62,823 nt of DNA, filler included, from Collodictyon triciliatum (GCA_043381765.1; 5 parts of 5 records of this genome joined end to end with filler, not necessarily neighbours in it); one strand, 5' to 3'. Counted from the whole stretch's first letter, positions 16,757 to 31,537 are shown. Numbers and translations: made by a program. The notes: a model not told the origin generated them from the sequence alone.

Positions 16757-19700
16757 ATGTCTGCGCCAATAGCCCCAAACTTCTATCAAACCCCAAGCTT
16801 TAGGTAAAATTCACAATCCAAATAATTCACAAGCAAACTCGACGAATCTGACTGTTCTGTTGCTCTCCAATCATTTACTTATATTCTGTTTGCCAATACA
16901 TTTACTTTAACTGTTAATTGCAAGAGGAAGACAATACTGCAAAGAGTGAAATAAAGCTTTGCACCTACATATTTATAATTCATACTATCAATACAACACA
17001 AAATATGGACTAGGCCGGTTCCAGGAATCACATCCCCAAGAGAGGTCACGGGGATATACCAAAGTCGTAGCTATGCTGTACAACTTCCTCGAAGCAAAAC
17101 TCCAAACTCTGTTGAGTATCACCACCAAATGCTTTCGCAATGGAGCCACACCTCTAGTCCCCCAATCTATTCGACCCTAGTGACTCCAGTTCGTGGAGCA
17201 GCTCCAACACAGCCCGGCCCACCACTTACCCCAACACCAAGCATCCAGTCGACATCTAGCCAAGGACTCAAGCAGCCAGCAACCACTCATCTTGCAAACC
17301 AGACAAGCTGGCTTCAACAAACTCCGCCCACAACTATCCAACCCAATATCTATGGTACTTGTACAAGTTCATCATATAACCCCGCGAAGTTTTACTCAAC
17401 TCCTAGACAACACGATATGCCCGCATCCCAACAAACCATGCAGGTCGAGCATGTTACGCGAGAGAGCCTTCCACCATCCAAGGCTACTAACCCACCCCCT
17501 TCCCAAGTGACAAAGATCCAAGACCCTTTACCCTCGCAGAAATTCGAGTTTTATGCCAGTAAAGTCTACCACAAGGAGGTTACCTCACAGCCTGGGGTAG
17601 ATTACAAACAGCAAATACTTGAATACCAGGGCTCCACAGAGGCAAAAAAGAAAGTTCTGCCGAGTACAGAAGAACCCACACGCCACTCTACTATGTCTGG
17701 AATCAAGAGCCTATTTACCAGTCCAAGTAAAAAGGAAAGATACAAAGAGATAGATGGAAGAGGCAAAGAAAGTCAAACTCCGGAAAAAACTAGGGAATGG
17801 GGCTCACTGTGGTCAGCAAAAATTCGATCGGACCAAGTCGAGCGAGTCAACGAAGGGGAGGAGCATTCAGATGAATCAGCAAATAGTGACGAATGGTTCG
17901 AAGAGAGTCTTCTCTCACAAGAGCTCCAGCATCAAATGAAATCAAAGAAGACAGGAACTCCTTTAAAAGGACCTGAAGTACGTGCCCTATCTCACGAAAC
18001 AGAGAGACTGATAGGCTTTATCCGAGATTCCATAATTGGTGAGGATATAGCCATGGATGGCCCATTCGGACCGAGACGAGTGACATACGCCGATTATACA
18101 GCTTCTGGACGCAGCCTTGTGTTTGTTGAAGACTACATCCGCGAACAGGTCCTTCCTATGTACGCAAACACACACTCTGAGACGTCCGGTACGGGAAGAC
18201 AAACGACTCGATTCCGAGAAGATGCAAGGTCTATAATCAAGCAGACGTGCGGAGCAGATGAACGAGATGCACTTATATTCTGCGGCACAGGGGTCACTGG
18301 GGCTGTCCAAAAACTGATCCAATGTCTGAATCTGTGCATTCCACGAGAGCTGGACACACAATATGGCCTCAGTAGACTTATACCCCCAGAAAAGAGACCG
18401 GTCGTCTTTATCGGCCCATATGAGCATCATTCTAATGAAATCTCGTGGCGAGAAACCATCTGCGACGTGGTGACCATCCCAGAGGACACAGACGGACAGA
18501 TTGACATGCGCGCGTTGGAGGAGGCTCTGTGTGAGTATGCTGCTCGCCCCATGAAGATAGGGTCTTTTTCTGCAGCGTCCAATGTGACTGGGATATTGAG
18601 TGATACAGACACGATTGCTGCAATTCTTCATAAACACGGAGCCCTGTCCTTTTGGGACTATGCCTCCGCTGGGCCGTATGTCCGCATTCAGATGAATCCG
18701 CCGACTTCTTTGCAGAATCCTGACCCGAAATATACCAACCCCTTGTCGTACAAGGATGCTGTTTTCATATCCCCGCACAAGTTCATTGGTGGTCCTGGAA
18801 CTCCTGGAATACTGATTGCAAAATGCGCTGTGCTTCGTAATCCTATTCCTTCAACTCCCGGAGGTGGCACGGTTGCATATGTGAGCCCCACCGAGCATCA
18901 CTATCTGCAGCAGCCCGAACACCGCGAAGAAGGGGGCACACCTGGAATTGTAGAAGCGATTAGGGCAGGACTAGTGATGCAGTTGAAAGATTCTGTTGGC
19001 CCCGAAAATATAAAGTCTCGAGAGGAAATGTATATCCGTCGGGCGATTGCTTACTGGACACGAGAGAAAAGACCCGGGTCGAGCGAAAAGAGCAAGGCCA
19101 ACAAGAAACCAGAGGATGCACGCAAAACTGGGACGTCTAAAGACGCACAAGGAACGTTTGACTCACAAGGACGCACAAAGGAATCGCGCATCTACATCCT
19201 TGGCTCTCTCACAGCCCCACGACTATCCATAGTCTCTTTTGTCATCCGCCACGGGTCCCGCTTCCTTCATCACAACTACACCGTGGCTCTACTGAACGAC
19301 TTGTTTGGCATTCAGAGTCGCGGCGGGTGCTCGTGTGCCGGTCCATACGGGCACCGACTCTTGCACATCGACTCTGCCACATCCAAAGAATTCGAGAGTG
19401 TGATTCTCACAGGAGAGGAAGGCATCAAGCCGGGATGGGCTCGAATCAACTTCAACTACTTCATTAGCGAGCAGGTCTTCCGCTTCCTTGTCAGGGCCGT
19501 TCGCTTCGTATCCCGCCACGGCTGGAAGTTTCTCCCGCTCTACGAGTTCTGTCCAGAGACGGGCTCATGGCGCCACCGGAAACAAACAACCCAGACCATC
19601 CAAAGTCTGCGCGATATCCAATACACCGACGGCCGCTTCCAATATCCCTCCAGAAAATCCACTGTGCCATCTCATGTGCTCAACACATACATTCCGGCTG

Positions 19701-19855
19701 CAAAGGCTGCGCTCAGTGAGTTTATTGCCAATGTCCATGAGTATTGCATCCCGCCAGATCCGACGACAGACAGCGGCTTCCAAAGGCTGCGTTGGTTTCC
19801 CACCCCGAATGAAGCCTTGGTCGAGCTGCGGGTGATGTATCCAAAGAAACGTTGA
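16757..19855 (+). CDS. Aminotransferase class V / cysteine desulfurase-like PLP enzyme with long disordered N-terminal extension (exons 16757-16803 and 17014-19855, about 962 aa)
   Basis: YADYTASGR, YANTH, GPYEHHSN, FSAASNVTG, WDYA, PLP-lysine motif SPHKFIGGPG, EEGGTP, RGGCSCAGPYGH, KPGWARINF. Confidence 0.92.
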
Positions 19856-20287
19856 TGAGTTGCTTCTCTCTGTTCGTGGTCGTCATGTCACCCATGCAAG
19901 CGGAATGGATGCGCTGATGTTTCCTGTTCCGCTTCCAAAGACGCTCCCTTGCCTTTTCTTTATCTTTTTTTTTTTACTTTCTTTTACTTTCTTTAGACTT
20001 GCTCCTGATCGACTCCACAATACTTGTCCAGTCATAAAGTGTTTTACGCGTTGCTGTGGATTGGAAGTTTATTTGTTTCTCCACTTATTTTTAGTACATT
20101 TTATATACTATCTCTTTTTCTCTACTTACTCGCTACTGCCGGTGTCATGTACCTTTTTTTTCTTTTCTTTTATGACGCGGTGTGTTTCCACCTGGTAAGC
20201 TTTGCTGATTCGAGAAGGGAAGGTGAAGGGACTGAGTCTGAACGCTTGTTGCAAAGTTGGGAGTTGATTCCCTGCACTATCATATAG

Positions 20288-22383
20288 ATGGGAATAGAAG
20301 GCTTGTCTGCGCTCTTTAAAGAAAACAAAAAGTTTGCACTGGCAACGACACTTTGGCTGGTGTTTCGCTACTGGAAAAATCGGTTTGTTTTAGGCCTTTC
20401 AGTATCTTTTCATTCTACTTGGTTGATGAGTCTTTCCTCTTCTTTCGCCCTTTTAAGCATTCCCCGTGATCTGTTCTGGGTTCTTTTCTTTTCTTTTCTT
20501 TTGTTATTTATCGTGTCTCTCGCATCGCTCTGTGATAGGGTTTTGAAGCCGCACGACTCCCGGTTCATTACAAACGAGTATATACCAAAAGTTGGCCGTG
20601 ATATTGAAATCAAAACACCTTTCGGTACAACAACCGCGCTTGAACTCGGACCATCCGATGCCACTGAGGTGAAATCTGACTTCTAAAAGGATTAATAGGA
20701 TACAGAGGATAAAAACCAAAAATAAATAAATAATAAAGAACCATCTATTAGATAATTTCAATATTTATAAGCACATTACAACCACAGCACCCTTTTTTTT
20801 TGTTTTGATACTTATATACTTTATTTAAAGGCGCATTATAAATCACTAATACACTAGGATATCATAACATCAGGTGATTATATTTCTGCATGGATTTCCG
20901 GATACAAAGCACACGTTCTTCCGACAGCTTCCGTTCTTTGCAGAGAAGGGATACCGTGTGATTGCACCGACCCTTCCTGGATATGAGCTCTCGTGTGCTC
21001 CTCCATCATATCACATATCAAACATCGTAAGTCATTTTCTTCCTATCTTGCCAGTCACTTAATATGCCTTCTAAGAACTAATTAGCATACCTTTAATTGG
21101 GTTACCACCGAAGGCTCGAGTGGTACTAGCATGGATTGATACCTTGGGAAAAGATAAAGTCCATATTGTAGGTCACGATTGGGGTTTGTATTTGTAATAT
21201 CGTTTTACAACTGTAGCATGCTTATATTTTAAACGCAGGAATGTGCATGTAGATGTTTATGCTGGATTATTCGGTAAGAAAACTCAACCCTAATACCTGG
21301 GCAGGTGCTGTGATAACTTATATTGTTTGTGCATTGGCTCCAGAACGATTCTACTCTGCCACCACTGTTGCCATCCCACATTTGAAGTACTTTCAAAGCC
21401 GCCTTCACAAAATGCCTATTCAAGTAAACCCGAGATAGATATACGCATATTCCATCATACAAATGATTTGAAATAAAAAATTTGAAGAAAAATAAGCCTT
21501 TCATAATACGCTGTTAAAAACGTCCTCTAGTTTTTGGTCACATAAATTTGAATGATATTTTTTTATTACTATACTCAAAGTAATAATGAAGCATATGCAC
21601 TTAAGGCTTTTTTTTTAAAAAAAAATGTTTTGTTTCAGTAAACTTTAGAACCCCAATTGCATCGATTATAATGATTTATTTTATTTTATTTTTTTGCTTT
21701 TTTGTTTGTTTGTTTATTATGCTCTTGTACAGGTCGTCAACTCTTGGTACATGATTCTGTTCCAATTTCGTGTATTTGCTGAATGGTGCGTGCAACGTAA
21801 AGATTCACTGTTTATCGACAAATTGTGGGTAGATTGGTCTCCAGATCACCCGACATACACAAGGTAATTTTTTCCCCTTCTTTTTTTTTTTTTTGTTTAA
21901 TCCATGATTTATTATTCGCATCGATCAGTTAGAAATCATAATGGGTGCCGATCAATTGCCGAACATTTTTCTCAGTTTTTTTTCTTTTTACCATTAAATT
22001 TCATTAGAGAAGTAAAGGACCTGTTTCAAAACACAGCAGTTCTAAAGAATGCGCTATCATACTATCGTTCATTGCCTGACCTTATATCTGTGCATGGGAA
22101 GGAAACAAAGAAGCTCTCGGGAAAACCTATTCGTGTTCCGTGCCTTGCAATCACGGGGTCGCGTGATGGTTGCATGGATACGCGACTGCATGATATCTTG
22201 ATGGATGCTTCATGCTTCCAAGCACCGTATAGAATCCGCCGACTGGCAAAAAGCGGACATTTTGCTCACCAAGAAGAATGGCAGCAGTTTAACTCTTGGC
22301 TTTATGATTGGGTTTCCCAACATAACCACGCCAAAGTGTCTCAAATCGCAGGCGCAAACACCAGCGAACACTCCTCGTTATGA
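20288..22383 (+). CDS. Alpha/beta hydrolase, epoxide-hydrolase-like, with N-terminal anchor, 7 exons
   Basis: LHGFPD oxyanion motif, nucleophile elbow VGHDWGA, SWYMILFQ, LSYYR, GSRDGC and catalytic His in GHFAHQE. Confidence 0.9.
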
Positions 22384-22799
22384 TGCAATCTCCCTCGCCA
22401 ATCATCTACGCGCTGACATGAATGAAACGTATATGGGGCTTTGAATTGGTTGTGATTTGAGGTTATTTTTCTACTTACGTTCTCGGGTCCTAACTTGACT
22501 ATTAACTCGGCCACAATATGGTTTATATGTACGAAGTAATGAATGAATGTATTATTGTTAAAAAAAAATCTCAATTCGCTCATCCATGAATCAGCAGATG
22601 GGACGGCACATTAACACGCCATGCAAGAAAAATAAAATAAAATAAAATGTTACTTGACTAAGACCCGACCAGTGGAACAAACAGCCAATAAGTTACAAAC
22701 AAGAGTATGTTAATAGTGTTGCATATGTAATACAAAGTTTGTGTTTTTATCTGTCGTATCAGATGATTTATGGATGCATGAGGTGTGCATTTATCGAAG

Positions 22800-25700
22800 T
22801 TAGTAGCTGGGATGCATCAAATCGCCAAGACTATCAGTCCATCCGTTTCTTGAAGAAGGCGCCACAGCTCTCGATGTGTTGTGTACAGGTGTGGTGAATG
22901 TGTTTGCAGACTCAGTCAGATTTCCAGCTGATTGCTAAAGCAATGAACACAAAGATGTAGATTGTTGGGTTTCTATCGCTACTGAGTGAAAATGAGCCTC
23001 TAATGTAGTTTTTTTTTTGACGATTCTTTATTTCATTTGGCTTTTCTCAATTCACTAAACAAACCCGATAAAGTAAAAATCAATACATGTACACTCAACT
23101 ATATATCCACTTGATTTCACATATTCCTTAAAATAAAAAAATGGACATGAAATCATACACCAAGTTGTTGGCGAATAAGCTTTTCTAGGCGAGCAGTCAT
23201 TTTCTCGCTGTGATGTATACGACGCATGTAGTTGAGTAACTGTTTAGACTCCGATGTGTCACATTCCACAGTATAGCAACTCATGCTCGCACGAACCGCA
23301 AAGTGGATGAATTTTTCATGCATTAAGCAATATTTGCGGAGTAAATATCTACGTAGGTACGTATGGGAAAGTTTACCTCAGTCCGTGTTCGCGACTGAAT
23401 TTTTCTGCAACAACCCTGGGGTCATCATCTTTATACAGCGGTAATCGGATTGTTCTGTGACATCCATTCATTTAAAGAATGAGATGAGACGACCAAGTGC
23501 TTAGCCCACACAGTCCGACATTATTTCAAATTATTATATTGATAGCTTGCATGAAAATGAAAACAATTACTCCTCTTTCGTGTTTACATCCAGATATAAA
23601 AATGGTTTTCGTTCTCGATTTAACAACGCTGGTGGTTGTACATGAACAGTTTTTTGAAGGTCAGACGGCTTTCCTATGTTTTCCTTCATCTAATGAAACA
23701 AAAACAAAAACAAAAACAAAAACAAAAACAAAAACAAAAACAAAAACAAAAACAAAAACAAAAACAAAAACAAAAACAAAAACAAAAACAAAAACAAAAA
23801 CAAATTCAGGAAATTTCTAAACTAAGGTGAATAATACATGTTAGACGATGGTTTTATGAATCAATATACCGTGGCAAGCATCTGTCTTTCAAGCGACCCT
23901 TGTCTCATCCTTACTACCGCCTTATTAAATCCGACAGGAACATCTACCGGCCCTGTAGACATCTGTGTGCTGATTGATTCATAAATTTTAGTCAATAATA
24001 TTAGTAAGTTCAACACACGTGCATATGTGACTCAAACCAACACGATTAAGCAGAACTAAACCAAAACGAATTTAAAAGTAGACAAGAACAAAGTAAAGGT
24101 ACGGAAGCAGAACCTCTTGGTTAAATCTGGCTTGAATGTACACTGCGATATTTCCTCTTGCGCCTTGATTTCCTCGGTTGTTCGCTGAAAGCAAAATGAA
24201 TTGGTACATGAGAATGTATAACCATAAGGGCCAGTACCTCTCAAAAAGGAATGACAAAAGAATAAATTATAAAAGGAGGAAGTTGTTTGCATGAGTGCAT
24301 GTAAATTCGTATATGACTTCATATTAGAGAATAAACTATGCAATATACGATTCAATTACCCTGGGGCTAGCCTTCCGTTTAGAGAGTTCATACAACTCAA
24401 CGTATTTCTCACGCAGGTCTTTCTTTTGAACCTCGAGGGATTTCCAATAAATCATTATGATAAGGTATGAAATTTGTGATAAACATTTGAAAACGAAGCG
24501 GTTATATACCATCACGAGTTCTCTTTGATGGCGAATGTGATTCATTTCGTAAAATTTTATATTGACATATGGGAATGAAATTGTATGTTTTCTTACTGCA
24601 ACACCACCAGAGTCATCATAACTTTTGATGGATGGATTAAAAGTGCACTCCTTCTGCAGTTCATTTTCCCTTGCTCTCATCCGAAGATTAAGCCGAGCTT
24701 CTTGCTCCTTGTGTATGCGGTATAGGCTTTCGTGACGCTCTGTTTCACGCGGTTTTGATTCCTGAAATACAATACCGAGTGTATCAGCTATTGATCAATT
24801 TATTGCTTTGTTTTTTTTTTTTTTTAAAAAAAAAAAAAGTCCCACGAATGACAACAAAAATTGTTTGACAGAAACCTCTATTTCCTTCGAGACTGGATTT
24901 ATTTGAGGCTTGAAGCTATACACCTGTGGGTCCAAATTCTCTTCTTGCTTTGATTTAGCTGTGTTTTTTTTTTTAAAATTTTTTATTTTAATAAAAGACA
25001 GTATAAATGATAAGCCCAGTAATTTCTCATGTGATTCAATAGTGAAAAATATGTACTGCTTTTCCCATAAGCCAATCTATTAGACACCAAGTTTCGTAAA
25101 TCTTTTGCTAGCTTTCTCGATGTAAACTAGGATATAATTTTAACAAGTGAGAAATTAGAGAGCCACCATACATTAGGTATGTATGTTAATTCTAAATATC
25201 TATTCATATGTTTTGCGTACAACCACAACAACGACAACAACGACAACAACGACAACAACCACAACAACCACAACAACCACAACAACGACAATAATAACAA
25301 ATTAATAAATAATTACTTTCTCTGATGCAATCATACTCTCTTTGTCATCAAATTCTTGTGTTCGATTCTCTGAGTTGGGAAGACCAATCTCATAAACGAT
25401 GAGCATAAACCTACGAAAATGTTGTTTTACATCGTATATTCCAATCGCTCTTTCTAGGTAGGTAAATTGAACAGAAATTGTTTCCTTTGTTTCACGGAAT
25501 TCGAATCCAACTAATGTCGGTGATGTGAGATTATCACTTCATATCTATATGCTACATGTTTTATTTTCCCTTCTGATAAATGAGGATTTTGGTTTTATAC
25601 AGTGATAAATATACTTTGAATATGTTTCATAATTGATGGAGCCAGTGCCAACAGGGTCCAAGTGCGCCCATATCCTCGAAATTAGCCTACCTTCCTCGGG

Positions 25701-28700
25701 TGTGGGTGCTTCTCGCTGCAAAAATAAAATGAAAAAAAAAAGCATTCACAATCATAAGTTATTGGGGGGTTTTATATTCTTCATTATGTGTAATAAATAT
25801 TATTGTAATTGAATTCAGATTAAGATAAGAGACAAAAAAATCTTTATATGATGGAGACAAAATTAAATTTCATATTATATGAGCAACCAAGGGAGGTATA
25901 CTAATTTTTTTCTTCCAAAAGAACATTAAGATAAATACCCATGCAAGCAAACTTAGAAACCGAAAAGCCATTTCTAATTGCTCTCGATTAACAAAACCGG
26001 TGTGATCAGTGTCACAATCATCAAAAGCCTTTTTAATTTCCTACATATGTGATATATTTTACAAGTAATCTACACAAAGTCATTTACAAACATGGTCAAA
26101 TGAATATGAGATGAGTACTTTCTCATAACGCTGCTGTGCAAGTTGAGCTGACCTTTCTGATATTTTCCTTTTCGAATGGAGCTCTCGCTCCTGAAAAAAA
26201 AAAAAACAAAGAGGTGAAGGTCTATTTAATTAACAAATCACAAAGTGGGGACATACGAGATGCTTATCAGTAACGCAAATATAGCATATCCCTTGCCTTC
26301 TGTTCCATTTCTTCTTGAATTTCTTGCACTTGTTGCTTCCGCGTAAGACCTTCGTAGTAAAGACGCGAAGGGTCTTTCGTCTCTGTTGCGGGCTGGTAAT
26401 CATCGAACCATATAATAAAGCACATGTAAAGTGAATATTGGCGTACAAGTTCCATTAATTAAAATAGAGGCGACTATCACATTTTTTCCGATATTGGCAT
26501 CCGGCCCCGTTTCTGCCTCTGTTATGCATTTTAATTTTGAAAAGTATTTTGAATATGCTTTTCTTTAGCGTGATTGATGATAATATACTTATTTGGGTAA
26601 AATTTATGCGAAACCTGTTGGTTGCTTTTGCAAACATAATACTTCATCGTAGTGCTTTCCGTGTTTGTATAGTCTATTCCAACCAATTATTATCAGTCTT
26701 TATCAGTATATTTGATAGTGCCGTTATAATTATGATTATTATTGCCTCATACTATAATTCCCATTTGCGTATGATGCATTTGTGTTCATACCTTTCAAAT
26801 ACATTGTCAGGAAGGCTTAGCATTTTCGAGTATTCCGATATTTCGGGAACAGGCTTCAGCTAATGTATATCATTAATTTTTAAGAAAAATTTGCCAGAAC
26901 GTATGCACCGTCATCTTAAAATTCAGTCTGTAGAGGGAAGAGAATGAGATGCATGCCTCATGCCAAAGACATTATAACCATTTCATTGTCTAATACCTCA
27001 TTTTGAGGCTGCATTTCTGCACGGAGTTTCTCGATATGAGCTTTCCTGTCTTCATTTTTTTGCAGCAAGCGCGTGACTACATCTTCCTTCGTCTAAATTA
27101 AAGAACGATAGCCTTAAGGGGTTTCCAATTGTATATTTTAATTGACATCTCGTTAATTCACTAAAACGTAGTAGTTATTCATGATTCGATTCACATACGT
27201 AATCTGAACTGAATTTAAATTCAGTAATTGTAGGTTGAAATTTGTAGTCATTTGTTTCTGCCGGAACAGGCTTGGGTTTCTGATATTTTTATCGTTTTAT
27301 AAAAATTATAGCCATGAACAAGGGAGATGATACAACGTTTCTTTATTCATGGTTATTTTTGTTGTCTATTAATTTTAAATTAATATATATAAATGTGTTC
27401 CATACCAGCCGTGTAAGCCTTTCGAATCTGTCTCCGCTGAAACCATTTGCCTCCATTGATTTGGCCTAAACAGATTTTTCATGCATAAATTCGGCAAATA
27501 TTTATGTGACAAACTGAACATCAACAGAGGTTAATGAATGAACATATATCAGCATTCTTCACATCCGTTTTCTTTTCATAATAAAAAGTGCATGGAAAGG
27601 TATATATGAGAAGGCTGATTCAGTCATGTATAAAGTCAGGAGCATCACATGCTATGACGAGGAAATAAACACTACGTAATCACTGATTTTGGGATGGAAC
27701 GTAAGCTCGGGGTCTTCTGAAGGTGAGAGCGGGGTTGGCTGATTTCGCATTCGCATGCTATAATTATTGATTCAATTGCTCAGTGATAATATTGATGATT
27801 AGATGATGCGACAATCCGTCTGGATGATGAATTGGTGGTCATTTAGAATACTTTCTCGCCTACTTACAGCCCTTCTTCATAAAGAAGATCTCCGTAAGAT
27901 ATTTTTGTTTTTAAGTTTTCATCAATTTGGAAGCGCTGTTTTGAGAGGTTTCTTGATTTCTAGGAATAAACATAGATCCAGTGAAGCAATGTTTAATAGA
28001 TGTGCATAAATACATAAATGTACAATCATATAAATTTGATAAGTCAGACAAGTGCGTTTCATCTTCTTATTTGCAAACCAAAGAAGAAAAGCACAAATTA
28101 CTTGAGACATTGCGACAGGTTTAAATGCTTTTTGACTTTCATTCTCTATTTCTCTGAGAGATTGGATGGGATATGGTGTTAGTAATTACCGCATATCATA
28201 GCTGAATTATTACTATTATTTTAGTTGCTGAAGTTGAAGCTGAAATAATAAAAGGTTTTACATTCGTATATCACAAAATGCTATCCTTTCTTACTTTCGA
28301 CGTGCTTCAATTTTGGTTTCTGTCGTCTTTTTCCTTTCCAGAAGTCTCTCTTCAACCGGCTTTGAACTCTTTACATAATACAGGAATAATATATTAGCAA
28401 TTTTATAAAGAGGTATGCGTACTTTGAACGCTCAAATAGAATTCAAAACATGGTCGGTATATTTAAACTGAGACAACCTGAAAATCAAGTTTTCCTTGGG
28501 AAGGGGTTTGCGACCTTTTCTTTTTATTCTGCTTCTCTTCCATATCCTTTTTCTTTTTTTGAGTTTGCAGCAGTAATTCAGCAGATTTTGTCATTCTCAC
28601 AGGCTTTCGTGTAGAATACCAAGGTCAATAGAACATTTGTAGTAAAATTGACGAAAATTGAAATCTCCCAAAAAATAATAATAAAAATCGCATATATACA

Positions 28701-31537
28701 TACTTCGTATTAAGTATATATATTAACATCATCTTTAAATTCGGCAAATACAAGAAGAAACCACACTTTGATTCACTCATAGTGCATACATGATGTTATC
28801 AATAATATATTTACCGCTGAACCGACACTTGATGATCTCTTCACTAGGGATGTGACAGGCTTTGGAGCAGGTTTTGGAGCATCACTCAACATTTCAGCAG
28901 AAGATATGTCAGGTGAATATAAGCCTGCTGATACAAATCCCTCAGTTTTTCTAGGCGAATTCCGGATTTTGGGTGTTTCTGGCCGTGTTAGAGCAGGTGA
29001 AGCTTTTCCATTGGCAGATCTTTGAGGGACAGACGTTTGTTTTTTCTCAAGTTGAGTGCGCATCTGAGATATTTCTTTAAAGGTCTCTTGAGACCGCGCC
29101 ATGGACATTTCCTTGACCATCGACCGCTGCTGTGTAGAGGCTTTTGGGGGTTCTGTAACAGAGTGAATTTGGTTTGGAAAAATGAGATTGAATCACCAGG
29201 TTATACGAGTGAACATTTGATTGCATGTATACATATTCTAATAGGGGTTTCTGTATGAAATTAAATTATCTTTAGTGTTTTCAATTAACGCACGGTGGTT
29301 ATTTGTAGGTGTTGGTGGTCGTGGGGGTTGTTTTTGAGGTGGTTGAGAGTTTGAAAAAGATGAAACATTTTGCTCTGGAATTGCTGATTGGTTAGACTGT
29401 TGCCAAGGAAAAGATTCGCTTGTTGATTGGTTAGGAAAGCCTCTTCTCTCTGGCTGAGTTACAAAATTTCTTGGGCGTGCGGGGCCCACTTCAATATTCT
29501 CATCCTCTTTTTCATCATCTTCCAGGTTCCTGGGGAAAGTTTCAGCAGCTTCAGGCAGTGGCGAATCCACTACAGGTTTTGATAGCGCCATATCTCTTTC
29601 ATACTGACTGACGGCTGCAGCGAACATATCTCTGGTGATGATCGGTGCTAGGGCAATATCTCTGTAACAATATTCATGAAAGAAAAATTCAGGTGGATCA
29701 TATCAATGAATGGAAGTGATTGATACTCTCTTATATACCAGAAGAGTGGAATACATTTCGTTCATTTATTCATCTAACCTTTGTGGTGGCTCGACTGCTG
29801 GGCGGCCAATGGGCGGTGAAGTCTGCCGTGATGAGGATGGCCCTGTATTTGCGGTGCCCATAGAGATAGGTGTGTGTTTTTCCCACATAGATATCCTGTC
29901 TTTGATGCTTGATGATGTCTTTTGGTCTGAAACAGGGTGTGTTTGGTCTGTTTTTGCAGCAACGATGGCTTTTTCATTAGTGGATTGCGTCTTCACCTCG
30001 AAAACCACAGGAGTGACAGGTTTGGAAGTGTGATTGAATGGCGTCAAAATAGTAGGCATGGATGTGTCTACGTTTTGATTAAGCTGAAGAGATTTCGTGT
30101 GTTTTCCAATATTACTCCTTTGAGTTTCATCGGCAACAACAGGTTCCTTGGTCGAGGGGGAAGTAATTTCATTAAGATGAGACGATTTCGTAGAAGGACC
30201 AGGTGGCTTTGGAGAGGACGTCGTCGAAAAATTATCAGTACTATCGCCCAGTTCTTGCTGTGCAATTATTGTAGAATCCTCTAGCTTGGATGGAGTAGAT
30301 TTTGGCTGAGAATTTCCCTGCATTGGTGCTCGAGATAGAAGTTGAGACTGGGGCAGATTTGGTGATGAAGAAGGGACAAAGGAACTTGATGGAGACAAAG
30401 ATATCTTTACAGAACCCAGTTGAGACTCATCTTCGTCGTCATCATCGTCTAAACCTGAAAGTACATCTTCCCGCGAAAAGTCATCGTCTTCATCCGATTG
30501 AGCCAAAGCCTGTGTCTGCTGGGGAATCGCAGAAGTAGTTGGCCTAGGTTGTACTGCACTTCCTGGTGGAGACTTTAAAATGGGCGGTGATAGAACGTCT
30601 GGTGAAATGAGTTCCTTATTTGACGTCTGTTGTGACAAGCCAGCATTTGTAGACGGGAGGACTGATGATGTAGGAGAAGAGAATGCTATCGACCCGACGC
30701 TGGAGAGAGGCGAGTCATCATTTTCCCCATCAATTTGCGAAGGTTTCGAGACTGCTGGCTGACTCTGCGCGTTACTTACGGGGATGGCCAGAGGGGAAGG
30801 ACGATGAGACTCCTGTGGGACAACAGCAGCCTTTGCAGGAGGCATGCGTGTTGGTTGGCGTCCAAGGCCAGCAAGCGACCCCAGCGATATGGATGATGCT
30901 CCCGATTCACTTGCAGAAGTAGACATGTTATCTCCAAGATATTTGCTGAAGTCCATATTGTCCAGGTCGATATCCTCTGAATCGTCATCATCGTCATCAT
31001 CGTCATTGTTTCCCTCCGGAATCCCAGACACGGGCCGGGTTGAGGTGGATGGCAGCCTCACGCTTCCTGTGGTTACTGCAGACGAGGCAGCTTTGGTCGT
31101 GCTTGTGGTGGGTGGCTGAGGCTGAGTTGTAGGCTTCTTTGTTGGGGCTGCCGATGACTTTGGAGAGTCATCTATGTCATCAAGTCCATCCAAATCACCT
31201 GTGAAGTCGATGTCGTCGTCATCTCCCTCGTTGTCGTCTTCATCCAATCCAGGAACGCCCATCTCGTCGAACGAGAAATCACTGTCGTCATCTTCGCTGC
31301 CGAGGATATCGCTGAATGATTGATGAGATTTGATGAGATTTGATGAGATATGATATGATATGATATGATATGATATGATATGATATGATATGATATGATA
31401 TGATATGATATGATATGATATGATATGATATGATATGATATGATATGATTATGATTATGATATGAATAAGCTTTTGAATCAGAAAAAAGCAAGTGCCAGG
31501 CGAGAGTGTTTTGATTCTACCCAAGATGATCGGCCAT
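22800..31537 (-). CDS. Large hypothetical cytoskeletal-type protein: acidic/disordered N-terminus, TFxPxI-type repeats, degenerate EF-hands, C-terminal LYLDVN...DDP domain (25+ exons)
   Basis: Start MADHLG|DILGSEDD, then the 498-aa ORF 29766-31262. Repeats include ELTFHPKI, YKFQPTI, YSFKPQIN, ECTFNPSI and QCTFKPDL, often followed by RL/LY segments. EF-like loop DTDHTGFVNREQ; C-terminal PFLYLDVNTK..IRLPLYKDDDPRVVAEKF. The last exon's acceptor is ambiguous. Confidence 0.75.
23696..23803. repeat. (AAAAAC)n intronic microsatellite
   Basis: Directly visible. Confidence 0.95.
31320..31465. repeat. (GATAT)n intronic microsatellite
   Basis: Directly visible. Confidence 0.95.

Noticed and set aside
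17987..18778. 263-aa antisense ORF, and the many overlapping ORFs at 36800-39900 and 43000-45400
   Set aside because: Shadow ORFs of real genes in GC-rich sequence, with no motifs.
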